A stretch of 64,000 nt of DNA, taken from an uncultured delta proteobacterium. GTDB taxonomy: Bacteria > Desulfobacterota > Binatia > JACPRU01. Below, in pieces: positions 38,977 to 50,488 of the stretch. Under the pieces are notes generated by a model. That model worked only from the letters and a program-made list of their open reading frames with translations. It made no database searches and was not told where the DNA came from. Location of the stretch: NCBI GenBank assembly GCA_963745025.1, contig CAVUWD010000005.1, positions 32,001 through 96,000 on the forward strand, read 5' to 3'. Position 1 is the first letter of the stretch; each line of letters begins with the position of its first letter. The position numbers and the translations under genes were made by a program.

Positions 38977-40652
38977 CGACGCCCGCGCGCCTCCTCGCGC
39001 CGGCTCTGTGGCTCATCGCCAGCGCGGGCCTGGCACAGACCGACTCTGCGTTCCCGCGCATCCGGTCGATCGTCATTGAGCACGCGTCGGTGTTCGGCCC
39101 CGAGGAGAGGCTGGACGAGATCCCCCATGTTCCCGACCTGACGTTCATCTTCCGCCTCGCGAACCTGCTGCACATCGAGACCAAGGAGGAGGTGATCCGC
39201 CGCGAGCTCTTGGTGCACGAAGGAGAGTTTGCCGATCCCGTCTTGATCGCCGAGTCGGAGCGCAACCTGCGAGCGCTGCCGTACATCCGGCAGGTGAAGA
39301 TCTTGGCGTCGCCGGCTCCCGAGGGACAAGTCGACCTGCACGTGCTCGCCCAGGATACCTGGACGACGCAGCCGCGCGCCTCGTTCAGCTTTGGAGGCGG
39401 CTCGCACCGCGCCACCTTTGGGATCGTCGAGGACAACGTCCTCGGCTACGGGAAGAAGGTCCGCCTGCTCTACCGGTCCGGAATCGACCGCGACTCGGCG
39501 ATCTTCGCATACAGCGACCCGCGCGTGCTCGGCAGCCGCTGGGTGGCCGGCGGCGATTACCAAGTTACGAGCGACGGCCACGTGGCAGAAGGGATTCTCG
39601 AGTACCCGTTTTATTCGCTCGACACACCGTGGTCGGTCCGCGGCGGCTATTCGGAGCGGCGCGAGCGCAACAAGGAGTTCGACCACTTCGGGAACGAGAC
39701 CGCGAGCTTTCGGCGCCAGCAGCAGATCACTGCCCCGCGCATCGGGCACCGCCTGGAGATGCTATCCGATGCCGACGTCGTCTGGCGGGCGGGGCCCTTC
39801 TATCGCTGGAACGACGAGACGTTCTCCGACCTGTCGCCGTCGACCGCTCCACCCACGGACCTGCCGGTCGACCAGCGCCAGAGCGAGCCCGGCCTGTTCC
39901 TGCACCGCGAAGTCGTGGACTACGTCCGTGAGCGGCATCTGAACCTCTTCGACAAGATCGAGGACCTCAACCTCGGCAACACGTTCGATGCCGAGATGGG
40001 CTATTCCTGGCGCGCGCTCGGTGCACGGGTCGACGAGCCGATCCTCACCGCTTTCGACCGCCAAGGCTTCGGCTTCGGCGAGGGTCGGAAGTCATTCCTC
40101 TATGCCTTCGTCACCGGTCGCTACCACGATGGGGACGTGCGCAACGCGGTCGCCGAGGTCGAGGGGATCTCCTACTATCGCTTCCACTGGCTCTACGAGC
40201 ACACGCTCGTGTCGCGAGTGAAGCTCGACCTCGCCCGCAATCTCGACCGCGAAGTGCAGATCTTCCTCGGCAACTTCAACGGCCTGCGCGGCTTTGACAC
40301 CCGCCAGTTCGTCGGCGAGAAGCGCTTCATCTTCAACCTCGAGGACCGACTGTTCTTCGTCAACGATCTCTTCCATCTGGTATCGCTCGGCGCGGTCGTC
40401 TTTTTCGACAGCGGATACGTCTGGGCGCCGAATCAGGGCGTCGACTTCCGGCGCTTGGCGACGAGCGCCGGCATCGGGCTTCGCGTCGATGCGCTGCGTA
40501 GCTCGGGTGAGGCGCTCTTCCGCCTCGACCTGGGGTTCCCGATGACGGACGGCGGCTCGGGGCAGCACGGTCTCGGGGTCACGCTCGGGTCCGGCCAGGC
40601 GTTCGAAGCCTTCGATGGACCCTTCGACCTGCAGAGCACGTCGGGACCGTGA
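38973..40652 (+). CDS. Omp85/BamA-TamA superfamily outer-membrane protein (one POTRA plus barrel)
   Basis: Signal peptide; TKEEVIRRELL...ESERNLR; LGNFNGLRGF; FFDSG; GIGLR; RLDLGFP. Confidence 0.82.
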   Translation: MTTPARLLAPALWLIASAGLAQTDSAFPRIRSIVIEHASVFGPEERLDEIPHVPDLTFIFRLANLLHIETKEEVIRRELLVHEGEFADPVLIAESERNLRALPYIRQVKILASPAPEGQVDLHVLAQDTWTTQPRASFSFGGGSHRATFGIVEDNVLGYGKKVRLLYRSGIDRDSAIFAYSDPRVLGSRWVAGGDYQVTSDGHVAEGILEYPFYSLDTPWSVRGGYSERRERNKEFDHFGNETASFRRQQQITAPRIGHRLEMLSDADVVWRAGPFYRWNDETFSDLSPSTAPPTDLPVDQRQSEPGLFLHREVVDYVRERHLNLFDKIEDLNLGNTFDAEMGYSWRALGARVDEPILTAFDRQGFGFGEGRKSFLYAFVTGRYHDGDVRNAVAEVEGISYYRFHWLYEHTLVSRVKLDLARNLDREVQIFLGNFNGLRGFDTRQFVGEKRFIFNLEDRLFFVNDLFHLVSLGAVVFFDSGYVWAPNQGVDFRRLATSAGIGLRVDALRSSGEALFRLDLGFPMTDGGSGQHGLGVTLGSGQAFEAFDGPFDLQSTSGP

Positions 40653-40714
40653 GGCGCTCAGGAGGTTTCACCAGCGCCGTGAATCCGGTCGGAGTCTCGT
40701 CCCGCGCCCCGCAC

Positions 40715-41884
40715 TCAGCGCGCGCACTTGCGCGGCACGAGGAAGTAGAGCTCGCCCCGCGAGCTCATCGAGCCCGCTACGAGCCCCGCGGCTTCGCCGG
40801 TGCCGAAGAAGAGGTCGACTCGGCCCGGGCCGGTAATTGCCGCCCCGCTGTCTTGCGCCAGGACCAGGCGACGGAGCGGCCGCCGGCCGGTCGGCTGACC
40901 CGCGGGATCGACCAGCGGCGCCTCCGTCTCGACGTAGGCGAGCGTGCCGAGGGGGTAGAGCGAGACGTCGACCGCGATCGACCGTCCTGCGGTGAGCTTC
41001 ACGCCGAGGCGGCCGATCGGCCCGTCGGCGACCTCGCGAAGGAAGACGTAGCGCTCGTTGTGAAACAGGATCTCGTCGCGCCGCTCGGGGTGCGCGCGCA
41101 AGAATGCCTGAATCGCCGGAGCGGTCGCCTGTCCCGCAAGGAGCGAGCCGTCGTTCACCAGCAGCCGGCCGATCGACGTGTACGGCTTGCCGTTCGAGCC
41201 GGCGAAGCCGACGCGGAGCTCGGTGCCGTCCTCGAGGCGGAGGATTCCCGAGCCCTGCACCTGCAGGAAATACCGTGCGACCGGATCGTCGAGCCACGCC
41301 GTCTCGAGCCCTCGACCGTCGAGAACGTGATCCCCGTCGATCTCTCGCCGCGTGTAATAGGGAGCGAGCTTGCCGTCCGCGACCCGACCGTAAATCGTGA
41401 CGCCCGCCCATCCGTCCGCGAAATCGCCGAGCCGAATCTCGATGAGATCGTCGGGTCGGCGGTAGAGCGGATGAACGAAGGCTCCCTCGTGCCGTCTTCG
41501 GCCGTCGAGAATCGGCTCGAAGTAGCCCGTGAAGAGCGCTCCGCCCTCCCTGCCTCCCGAGCGGTAGAACTCGAAATGGGCGCGAACGTAATCGGCGAGA
41601 TCCGTGTCCGGCAGCGAAGCCGCCTGACGCAGATCGCCGAGCGAGCGCGCCCGGTCGGCCGCCGAGCAGGAGACGGAGCCGATCCGCGTCGCGGCTTCGA
41701 GGTCGCGGTCAATGGCCGCGACGAGGGTGTCGCGACCCAGATCGTCGTCGATCTCCGGCGGCTCGACACGCACCAAGTCGGGTGTCGGCGTGGGCGGCGG
41801 CGTCGGCAGTGGCGGAGGGGCGGGGAGGGTGCGGCAGGAGGAGACGAGAAGGAGAAGTGCCGCCGCCCGCCGTCTCAGAAGCAC
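40715..41884 (-). CDS. mltA: MltA-family lytic transglycosylase lipoprotein
   Basis: Lipobox-like VSSC; [45 protein letters not shown]...DLFFG. Confidence 0.9.
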   Translation of the reverse strand: MLLRRRAAALLLLVSSCRTLPAPPPLPTPPPTPTPDLVRVEPPEIDDDLGRDTLVAAIDRDLEAATRIGSVSCSAADRARSLGDLRQAASLPDTDLADYVRAHFEFYRSGGREGGALFTGYFEPILDGRRRHEGAFVHPLYRRPDDLIEIRLGDFADGWAGVTIYGRVADGKLAPYYTRREIDGDHVLDGRGLETAWLDDPVARYFLQVQGSGILRLEDGTELRVGFAGSNGKPYTSIGRLLVNDGSLLAGQATAPAIQAFLRAHPERRDEILFHNERYVFLREVADGPIGRLGVKLTAGRSIAVDVSLYPLGTLAYVETEAPLVDPAGQPTGRRPLRRLVLAQDSGAAITGPGRVDLFFGTGEAAGLVAGSMSSRGELYFLVPRKCAR

Positions 41885-43067
41885 GCCTCTGCGGCCCCGG
41901 CCGCGACGCCCGCGCGCACGGGCACTCCGGCGCCCGGCAGGATCTGCTCGAGCGCGGAGAACAGCCGTAAGACCTTCTCGCGCCGGCTCGATTCCCCCAT
42001 CAGGCCGATCCGCCAGATCTTCCCCTTGAACGCGCCGAGCCCGCCGCCGATCTCGATGCGAGAACTCGTCGAGCAGCCGCCGGCGAAGACGTGCTTCGTC
42101 CTGCCCGACACCGGCGGCGGCAGGAACACGCTGTTCAGCATCCACAGACGGTGGCCGGGCTGCGACGACGAAGCGGAAGCCGAGCGCCTCGAGTCCGGCG
42201 GCGAGGGCCACGTGGTTCCGGCGATGACGCTCGAAGCGCGCCTCGAGGCCCTCCTCCACGACCAGCCGCAGCGCCTCCGCGAGCGCGTAGTTCATCGAGA
42301 TCGGCGCCGTGTGATGGTAGACGCGCTCGTCGCCCCAGTACTTCTCGATCATCGTCAGGTCGAGGTACCAGCTCTGCACCTTGGAGCGCCGGCGCCGGCA
42401 GGGCCTCGAGCGCGCGCGGCCCGAACGTCACCGGCGCGAGGCCGGGCGGGCAGGACAGGCACTTCTGCGTGCCGCTGTAGCAGGCGTCGATCTCCCAGCT
42501 CGTCGACCTCGACCGGGCAGCCGCCGAGCGAGGTCACGGTGTCGACGACGAAGAGCGCGCCGGCGCGCTGCGACGAGTCGGCGCGATCTCCTCGAGCGGC
42601 TGCCACGCGCCGGTCGACGTCTCGGCGTGGACCATCGCCACGAGCTTCGGCCGGCGCGCCTGCGCGAGCGCCTTTTCGACGTCCTCCGGCTCGACCGACG
42701 CGCCCCCACGGCGCCTCGACGCGGAACCGCGTCGAGCGCCGACAGCGCTCGACGATGTCGGCCATGCGCGTGCCGAACACGCCGTTCACGCCGACGACCA
42801 CCTCGTCGCCCGGCTCGAGGAGGTTCACGAGGCAGGCTTCCATGCCGGCGCTGCCCGTGCCGGAGATCGGCGAAGGTGAGCTCGTTCTCGGTCTGGAACA
42901 CGTGGCGAAGCAGCCGCTTCACGTCTCGTCCATCAGCGCGACGAACGCCGGATCGAGGTGGCCGATCAGCGGGCTGCCGAGAGCGCGCGCAGCACGCGCG
43001 GGTGCGACATCGCTCGGTCCCGGGCCGAGCAGCAGGCGCGTGCGGAGGCTCGAAATTCGCCAGTCAT
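41875..43067 (-). CDS. Alanine/serine-glyoxylate aminotransferase (class V PLP); multiple apparent frameshifts
   Basis: Motifs across frames: [76 protein letters not shown]. Confidence 0.85.
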
Positions 43068-43125
43068 CAGCACGGCTCACGACGGCGTATCTATTCACGC
43101 TGAGGCAGTCGTTGCGAACTCGTCG

Positions 43126-44570
43126 ATGCCCGCGGATGCTCGTCGACGCAGATTTGCGCGATCGTCGGCGCCGACGGCGATCGTCGCTCGGCGCCGAGGC
43201 GCTGCTGGTCTACGAGTGCGACGGCTACACGCTCGAGCGCGCGCGCGCCGGAGCTCGTCGTGCTGCCGCGCACGACCGGCGGAGGTGGCCGCGGTCGTGC
43301 GCCTGCTGCGCCGCCGACGACGTCGCGCTTCGTGCCGCGCGGCGCCGGCACCGGGCTCTCGGGCGGCACCTGCCGGTCGCGGCGCCGGTGATGATCTGCA
43401 CGAGTCGCGCATGAATCGCATCGAGGCGATCGACGTCGCGAACCGCCGCGTCGTCGTCGAGGCGGGCGTCGTGAACCGCGGGTCACGCGCGCGGTGCGGC
43501 GCCGCACGGCCTCTACTACGCGCCCGATCCGTCGAGCCAGCCCGCGTGCACGATCGGCGGCAACGTGGCCGAGAACTCGGGCGGGCCGCACACGCTCAAG
43601 TACGGCGTCACGACGAACCACGTGCTCGGCGTCGAGCTCGTGCTGCCCCGACGGCGAGGTCGTCGAGCTCGGCGGCGCGGTCGAGGACCGTCCGGGCTAC
43701 GATCTTCGCGGCGTCGTCGTCGGCGCCGAGGGCACGTTCGGGATCGTCACGCGCGCGACGCTCCGCCTGCGTGCCGCATGCCCGAAGGCGTGCCGGACGC
43801 TGCTCGCCGTCTTCGAGTCGGTCGACGACGCGAGCGAGGCGGTCTCGGGCATCATCGCGCGCCGGCATCGTGCCGGCCGCGCTCGAGATGATGGACCGGC
43901 TCATCATCGAGGCCGTCGAGGCGGCGTACCACTTCGGCTTCCCGACCGACGCCGGCGCGGTGCTGCTCGTCGAGCTCGACGGGCTCGCGGCCGGCCTCGA
44001 CGCGCAGGCCGAGCGCGTCGTCGCCATCTGCCGCGAGCACGGCGCACGCGAGGTGCGCGATCGCCGCGACGAGGCCGAGCGCGCCGCGCTCTGGAAGAGC
44101 CGCAAGCGCGCCTTCGGCGCCGTCGGCCGGCTGGCGCCGAACTACTGCACGCAGGACGGCGTCGTGCCGCGCACCAGCGTGCCGGACATCCTGCGCGTCA
44201 TCGCTGCGTCGCCGGCGAGCGCCATCGCCTGCGCATCGCCAACGTCTTCCACGCCGGCGACGGCAACATCCATCCGATCCTGCTCTTCGACGAGCGCGAC
44301 CGCCGACGAGGTCGAGCGCGTGCTCGCCGCCGGGCGCGAGATCCTCGAGGCGTGCGTCGCGCTCGGCGGCAGCCTCACCGGCGAGCACGGCATCGGCGTC
44401 GAGAAGATGGACGCAGATGCCGCTGCTCTTCTCCGAGGCCGATCTCGCTCTCATGCGCCGCGTCCGGCGCGGTCTTCGACCCGGAGCGCCGCGCGAATCC
44501 CCACAAGATCTTTCCCGCGGAGTCGGCCTGCGTCGCGGTGCGCGAGCCGCAGCGGCGGGCGGCGTTGTGA
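43126..44570 (+). CDS. glcD: Glycolate oxidase FAD subunit GlcD-like; multiple apparent frameshifts
   Basis: [65 protein letters not shown]. Confidence 0.85.
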
Positions 44571-45877
44571 GCCTGTCCACCCCGGTAGAGCGAGACTTCC
44601 TCGGCCTGTCGCGGCGGTTCCTCGACTTGCTCGGAGCCGACGGGCTCGGCTCGGAATCGGATCAGCGACACTTCGCGGTCGACGGCACCGAGCCCCCGTG
44701 GGTCGTGTTGCCCGGAGGGGCGAACGAAACCGCCCAGGCGCTGCGCGTCTGCGCGGAGCACGACCTCGCGGTGGTTCCGGCGGGGGCGGGCCTCCGTCTC
44801 GGCCGCGGGCTTCCGCCGGAGCGGCTTGACGTCGTGCTGTCGACGTCGCGCATGGATCGCATCGTCGCGCACGCGGCGGCCGACCTGACGCTCACCGTGG
44901 AGGCGGGCGCGACGCTCGCCGCGGTGAACGAGGCGTTACGTCCGTCCGGACAGTGGCTTCCCTTCGATCCACCGCTGCCGGCCGAGACGACGATCGGCGG
45001 CCTCATCGCCGCGCGGGCCTCGGGGCCGAGCCGTCAGGCCTTCGGCACCGTTCGCGACTGGCTTCTCGGCCTAGCCGCGGTGCTCGCCGACGGCACGCCC
45101 GTCAAGAGCGGCGGCCGGGTGGTGAAGAACGTGGCGGGCTACGATCTTCACAAACTCCTCGTCGGATCGTGCGGCACGCTCGCGGTGATCGTCGAGGCGA
45201 CGTTCAAGCTGCAGCCCTTACCGGAAGCGAAGCGGATCGTCTGCTTCGGTTCGCAGACCCTCGAGTCGCTCTGCCAACTCGCCCTCGCGCTCGCCGATTC
45301 GGTCGTCGCGCCGCAGCTTCTCGAGATCCTCGCGGGCTCGGATCGCCCGCCGACGCTGGTTGCGGGGTTTGCCGGCACGCGCGAGGAGGTGGACGACGCG
45401 GCGACACGCGCCGCGTCGATCGGCCGAGAACGCGCGGTGGAGGAATCGAGCGGGCCGATCGACGAAGCGGCGCTCCGAGCCTCGCTCGACGGTGTGGAAC
45501 GAGGCCGCGAGCCGTCCGTGGTCCTTCGGGTCGGCGTGCCGCGAAGCGCGCTCGGCCGCTGGCTTTCGTCGGCGCTCCGGGAATGCAGTCGCGTCGCTGG
45601 CGACGTCGCCTTGCATGCACACGCAGGCGTCGGCGTGGCGCGCCTCCGTCTCGAAGCCGCGAAACGCGAACACGTGCGCGAGGTCGTCGGCGGCCTCCGC
45701 AGCGATGCCTGCGCCCGCGGCGGCTACCTCGTCGTCGACAGCGCGCCGAGCGCTTGGAAGAGCGAGGTGGACGTCTGGGGCCCGCCGCCCGCCGGTTTCG
45801 ATCTCATGAAAGGACTCAAGGCCGCCTTCGATCCCCGCCGGCTTCTCAGCCCCGGGCGGTTCGTCGGCGGACTGTGA
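44567..45877 (+). CDS. glcE: Glycolate oxidase subunit GlcE-like FAD-binding protein
   Basis: ADLTLTVEAG, TIGGLIA, GGRVVKNVAGYDLHKL, KAAFDPRRLLSPGR. Confidence 0.88.
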   Translation: MSLSTPVERDFLGLSRRFLDLLGADGLGSESDQRHFAVDGTEPPWVVLPGGANETAQALRVCAEHDLAVVPAGAGLRLGRGLPPERLDVVLSTSRMDRIVAHAAADLTLTVEAGATLAAVNEALRPSGQWLPFDPPLPAETTIGGLIAARASGPSRQAFGTVRDWLLGLAAVLADGTPVKSGGRVVKNVAGYDLHKLLVGSCGTLAVIVEATFKLQPLPEAKRIVCFGSQTLESLCQLALALADSVVAPQLLEILAGSDRPPTLVAGFAGTREEVDDAATRAASIGRERAVEESSGPIDEAALRASLDGVERGREPSVVLRVGVPRSALGRWLSSALRECSRVAGDVALHAHAGVGVARLRLEAAKREHVREVVGGLRSDACARGGYLVVDSAPSAWKSEVDVWGPPPAGFDLMKGLKAAFDPRRLLSPGRFVGGL

Positions 45878-45881
45878 TTCG

Positions 45882-47150
45882 ATGAGCCGGAGCGAGGACA
45901 CACCGAAGATCGCTTCGCTCGACGAGTTCCTCGCGTGCGTGCACTGCGGGCTCTGCCTCTCTTCCTGCCCGACCTACATCGAGACCGGCGCGGAGGCCGA
46001 CTCGCCGCGCGGGCGGATCTATCTCATGAAGGCGTTGGAGGAAGGACGAACCACCCTCACCGAGGGCGTCGTCCGCCACCTCGACCTCTGCCTCGGCTGT
46101 CGCGCCTGCGAAACGGCGTGCCCGTCGGGAGTCCAGTACGGCGCGCTGATCGAGGGCGGGCGCCAGTACGTTGCGGCGCATGCACGCCGTGGCGGCGGCG
46201 AGCGCTGGAGGCGAGCGATGCTGGCGCGCTGGCTGCCCGATGCGAATCGGCTCGCGCCGGTCGCGGACGTCTTCCGTCTCGCCTCCCGGCTCGGCATGCC
46301 GCGACTGGCCCGCGTTCGATGGGTGCCGCGGCCGATTCGCCGTTTGCTCGCGTTGATGCCGGATGTCGTGCCGTCGCGTCGGCCACCCGCGATCCTCGAG
46401 CCGGACGGTCCGCCGCGCGCCACGGTGGCGCTGCTCACGGGGTGCGTGAGCCAGGCGTTCTTCGCGCGCGTGAACGAGCTCACGGCGAAGCTGCTCGTCC
46501 TCGCGGGCTATCGCGTGGTCGTGCCGCGCGGGCAGACGTGCTGCGGAGCGCTGCTCGCGCATCTCGGCGAGCGTGACGAGGCCGAGCGCAGAGCCCGGCG
46601 CAACGTCAACGTGTTCCTGCGTGACGAGGCCGACTTCATCGTCTCCAATGCCGCCGGCTGCGGGGCGATGTTGCGCGAGTACGGGCGCTGGCTCGAGAAC
46701 GATGCCACCTATGCGAAAGGCGCGCGCGACGTCGCCGCGAAGGCCCGCGACGTGAGCGAGCTTCTCGCTGCGGGCGCGCTGCCCGCGCCGAAGCACGAGG
46801 TCCGTATGCGCGTCGCGTATCACGACGCCTGCCACCTCGCCCACGGCCAGGGCGTGCGCCGCGAGCCGCGTGCTCTGCTTCGCGGGATACCCGGCCTCGA
46901 GCTCGTGGAGATCGCGGACGGCGAGTTCTGCTGCGGCAGTGCCGGCACGTACAACCTGACCGAGCCGGCAATGGCGTGGCGCCTCGGGGAGCGCAAGGCG
47001 CAGGCGGTGCTCGACAGCGGCGCCGAGATCGTCGCGGCGGGAAACCCCGGCTGCATCCTGCAGATTCGCGCGGCGCTCCGTCTCCGCGGCCGCGAGCTTG
47101 CGGTCGTACACCCGGTCGAGCTGCTCGCCCGCGCCTACGGCCTCGGCTGA
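45882..47150 (+). CDS. glcF: Glycolate oxidase Fe-S subunit GlcF-like
   Basis: CVHCGLCLSSCPTY, CLGCRACETACPSGV, CCGA, YHDACHLAHGQ, CCGSAGTYN. Confidence 0.92.
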   Translation: MSRSEDTPKIASLDEFLACVHCGLCLSSCPTYIETGAEADSPRGRIYLMKALEEGRTTLTEGVVRHLDLCLGCRACETACPSGVQYGALIEGGRQYVAAHARRGGGERWRRAMLARWLPDANRLAPVADVFRLASRLGMPRLARVRWVPRPIRRLLALMPDVVPSRRPPAILEPDGPPRATVALLTGCVSQAFFARVNELTAKLLVLAGYRVVVPRGQTCCGALLAHLGERDEAERRARRNVNVFLRDEADFIVSNAAGCGAMLREYGRWLENDATYAKGARDVAAKARDVSELLAAGALPAPKHEVRMRVAYHDACHLAHGQGVRREPRALLRGIPGLELVEIADGEFCCGSAGTYNLTEPAMAWRLGERKAQAVLDSGAEIVAAGNPGCILQIRAALRLRGRELAVVHPVELLARAYGLG

Positions 47151-47236
47151 CGGGAATAAAGGGACCCGCCCGCTTCATTTCGACGCAACGGGCCAAGGGG
47201 ATTCGTGGAGGCGAACGCGTGGCCGGTAAACGAGTC

Positions 47237-47270
47237 TTGCTTCAATGAAACAGATGTTTTAAACGTCTGT
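47237..47270 (+). promoter_or_regulatory. Promoter with palindromic TetR-type operator
   Basis: TTGCTT-N17-TAAACG overlapped by near-palindrome ACAGATGTTTTAAACGTCTGT (47250-47270), 4 nt before ATG. Confidence 0.7.
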
Positions 47271-47274
47271 ATTA

Positions 47275-47946
47275 ATGGGGCGATCGAACGACGGCACCCG
47301 TCAGCGCCTGATCGCGGCGGCGAGCGAGCTCTTTGCCGAGCGCGGGTTCCACGCCACTACGGCGCGCGACATCGCTCGCCGTGCCCGGGTCAACCTGGCC
47401 GCCGGCCACTATCACTACGGCTCCAAGAAGGACCTCTACCTCGAGGTGCTCCGCGCGCAGTTTGCGACCATCCAGACCGAGCTCGAGCGGCGCGGCGGGA
47501 CGCGGCCGGCGGCGGAAATCGACCGGCTCGACCGCGCCGCGCTCGCGGAGCTGCTGTTCACTCGTATCAAGGTGATGCTCGACATGTTGATCGGGCCTCC
47601 CCCGGGGCTGCACGGCGCGCTCATGCAGCGGGAGATGACGGATCCCAGCCAGGCGCTGCCGATGATCGTTGCCGAGTTCATCGATCCGATGATGCGCGAG
47701 ACGGAGCAGATCGTCGCGCGGCTCATGCCGCGTCTCGGCCGGCGAGAGGTCGAGAGCTGCGCGATCAGCATCGTCTCCCAGGCGATCTTCTACCGGTTCG
47801 CGATGCCGGGGATCCTCCATCGCAAGCGCTGGAAGTCCTACCCGGCGGGCTTCGGTGCCGATCTGGCGCGGCACATCGCGGAATTCTCGCTGGGCGGCAT
47901 GGAGCGCGTCGGCGCGCGACGAGCGGGGAAACGACGTGCGTGCTAG
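47275..47946 (+). CDS. TetR-family regulator (CecR/YbiH-like)
   Basis: RLIAAASELFAERGFHATTARDIARRARVNLAAGHYHYGSKKDLY; heads the efflux operon. Confidence 0.92.
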   Translation: MGRSNDGTRQRLIAAASELFAERGFHATTARDIARRARVNLAAGHYHYGSKKDLYLEVLRAQFATIQTELERRGGTRPAAEIDRLDRAALAELLFTRIKVMLDMLIGPPPGLHGALMQREMTDPSQALPMIVAEFIDPMMRETEQIVARLMPRLGRREVESCAISIVSQAIFYRFAMPGILHRKRWKSYPAGFGADLARHIAEFSLGGMERVGARRAGKRRAC

Positions 47947-49470
47947 GAGCCTGCGTTACCGATCGCTCCCGTTGGTCGCGATCGCGGCTCCGGCCGGAGC
48001 ATCCTATCGAGCGAGCGTGGGCGTTCGAGCGGCGGTGGCGGCGATCGGCGTCTGCCTCGCCAGCTGCGCGTCGGTTGCGGATTTCGAGCGACCGAGCGGG
48101 GACGGCGGCTGGAGCGCGGCACGGCGAGTGGAGGAGCTCGGTGCGCTTGCTCGCCGCGCGGGCGTCGACTTCGGCGCCGCGCCCGAACCGACGCCCCCAA
48201 CGTCCCGGCCGCTCGACCTGGAGACGGCGCTCTCGATGGCGACCAAGGGGAACCGGCGGATCGCGATTTCGAAGAGTCAGCTCCAGGGCGTCGCGGAGCA
48301 GGTGCGGGACGTTCGCGGGCGCCTGCTACCGAGCACGGTCGGGTTCGGGCGCTACACCTGGTACACCGACGCCGAGCGCAACGCCGTCCAGCTGCCCGCC
48401 GGCCTCGCTCCCCCGGGCGGCGCCTCCATCGAGATCCGTCCGGTCGATGTCGGCACTCTGAATGGCACGCTCACGCTCCCGCTCGACGTGAGCGGCGAGC
48501 TCCGCTATGCGCTGGCGGCCGCGCAGGCCGGCTATCGCGGCGAGCAGGCGCGCGTGTGGGCAACGACGCTCGACCAGCAACTCGCCGTCGTGCGTGCCTA
48601 TTTCCAGCTGCTGGAGAACGAGCGCCTGCGCGAGGTCACGGAGACGAACGTGACGCTCGATCGCGAACAGCTGGCGAATGCGCAAGCGAAGTTCCAGAGC
48701 GGCCGCCTGACCAAGAACGAGCTCCTGGTCGTTCAGGTCGCGTTGCAGACCGACGAAGAGCAGCTGGACCAACGCGCGCTGGCGATCGCGCAAGCGCGGT
48801 ATGCGCTGAACCAGGCGATCGGCGCCGACGTGAACGCGCCGACCGAGCTCGCGGACGTCGCCGAGCGGCCGGTCGTACCGCCGGTCGAAGAGGCGCTGCG
48901 TGTCGCCTATGCGGACAATCCGGTTCTTCACTCGCTCGTCGAGGAGCAGCAGCGCCTGGAGGGGACGGCCCGCTCGCTCGTCCGTAGCCGCCTGCCGCGG
49001 CTCTCCGCCGGCGGCGCGATCGACTATTCCAACTCGCCGATCCTCGAGCCCCAAGACATCGGCTCGGGCTTCGTCGGCTTCAGCTGGGATCTCGGCACCG
49101 ACGGGCGGCGCGAGGCCGAGATCGCCGAGGCGCGGATCACGGCGGAGCGGAATCGTCTGGAGATCGAACGGCAGCTGCGCGAGCTCGAGGCGCGGTGCGC
49201 TCCACTCGCCAGGCGGCCGCCGAGCGCCTCGCCGCGCTCGCCGCCGCGGAGACGGCCGTCGGCCAGGCGGAGGAGAATCTGGCATCCGCCGGCAGCAGTT
49301 CGACGCCGGCCGCGCCACGAGCGAAGACGTTCTCGACGCCCAGGCGCTTCTGTCCGGGCAGCGCGCGATGCTCGCGAGCGCCCTCTACCAGGCCCACGTC
49401 GTCGCGCCGAGCTGCGGAGCTTGATGGGGCAGAGCACCGCATCCGAATCGAACCCGAGGTGAGCTCATGA
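47936..49470 (+). CDS. TolC-family outer-membrane efflux lipoprotein; 3' part frameshifted
   Basis: Lipobox LASC; LDLETAL; VVRAYFQLL; KFQSGRLTKNELL; FDAGRATSEDVLDAQ in a shifted frame. Confidence 0.85.
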
Positions 49471-50488
49471 ACGCGAAATGGATCGTCGCCGTCGTGCTCG
49501 CGGGCGCAGCCGCCGGCGGTTACCTCTACTGGGGAAGCGATCCCCGTCCTGCCTACTACACGGGTTTCGTCGAAGGCGAGGAGCGGGTCCTGCGCAGCGA
49601 GGTCACGGGCCGCGTGCTGGAAGTTCGCTTCGGCGAGGGAGCGACGATCGCCGCCGGCGCGGTCGTGGCGGTGCTCGACGCGCGCGACGTCGAGACGCAG
49701 ATCGAGACCAAGAAGCGCGAGATCGCGATGTTCGAGGCAGAGATCCGCACGCAAGCGGAGCGCGCCACGATGATCGACAGCACCTGGAAGCGGGACGTGA
49801 GCGCGCAGCGGGCCGGGCTCGAGCAGGCGCAGGCGGCGCTGGAGCTCGCGGAACGGACGTTCGTGCGCGAGCAGGCGCTGGTCGAGACCGGCGCCAGCAC
49901 CGCGCAGCTGCTCGACGACGCCCGCGCCGCCGCGACCAGGCGCGAAGCGCCGTCGACCGCGCGCGGCAAATGCTCGCCCGCGCCGAGGCGCGCTCAGCCG
50001 CTCGGGGATGGCCGCGCAGCGAGCTCGAGATGCTGCGCCGCAAGCGCGAGCTCGCGCGCGCCCAGCTCGCCGAGCTCGAGGTGACGCACGCGAAGTACGA
50101 GATCCGCGCGCCGGACGTCGCCACCGTCGTGCAGACGCAGTACATCTGGCCGGGCGAGCTCGCGCAGCCCGGAACGCCGATCGTCTCGGTGCTCGATCCG
50201 CTCGACAAGTACGTGCAGATCTACGTGCCGGTCGCCGACGTCGAGCGCTTCCGCGTCGGCCAGCGCGTCGAGATCGAGCTCGACAGCGGCCGGGCCGCCG
50301 CGTCCCGGGCGAGGTGAGCTTCGTCGCCGACCAGGCGAACTTCACGCCCGAGAAGATCGAGACGCGGAGCGACCGCATCGGCCAGGTCTATCGCGCCAAG
50401 GTCCGCATCCTCGAGGACGTCGAGCGCTTCCAGCCCGGCACCGAGGGCAACGTCTACCTCGCCGCGGCGACGGCAAGGATCACGGTGA
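49467..50488 (+). CDS. HlyD-family membrane fusion protein (YbhG-like); frameshifted
   Basis: TGFVEGEE, SEVTGRV, IRAP, PGELAQPGTP, ANFTPEKIETRSDR. Confidence 0.85.

Noticed and set aside
40715-42379. Aminotransferase-MltA fusion suggested by the 554 aa ORF
   Set aside because: Produced by a frameshift; MltA has its own start and lipobox at 41884
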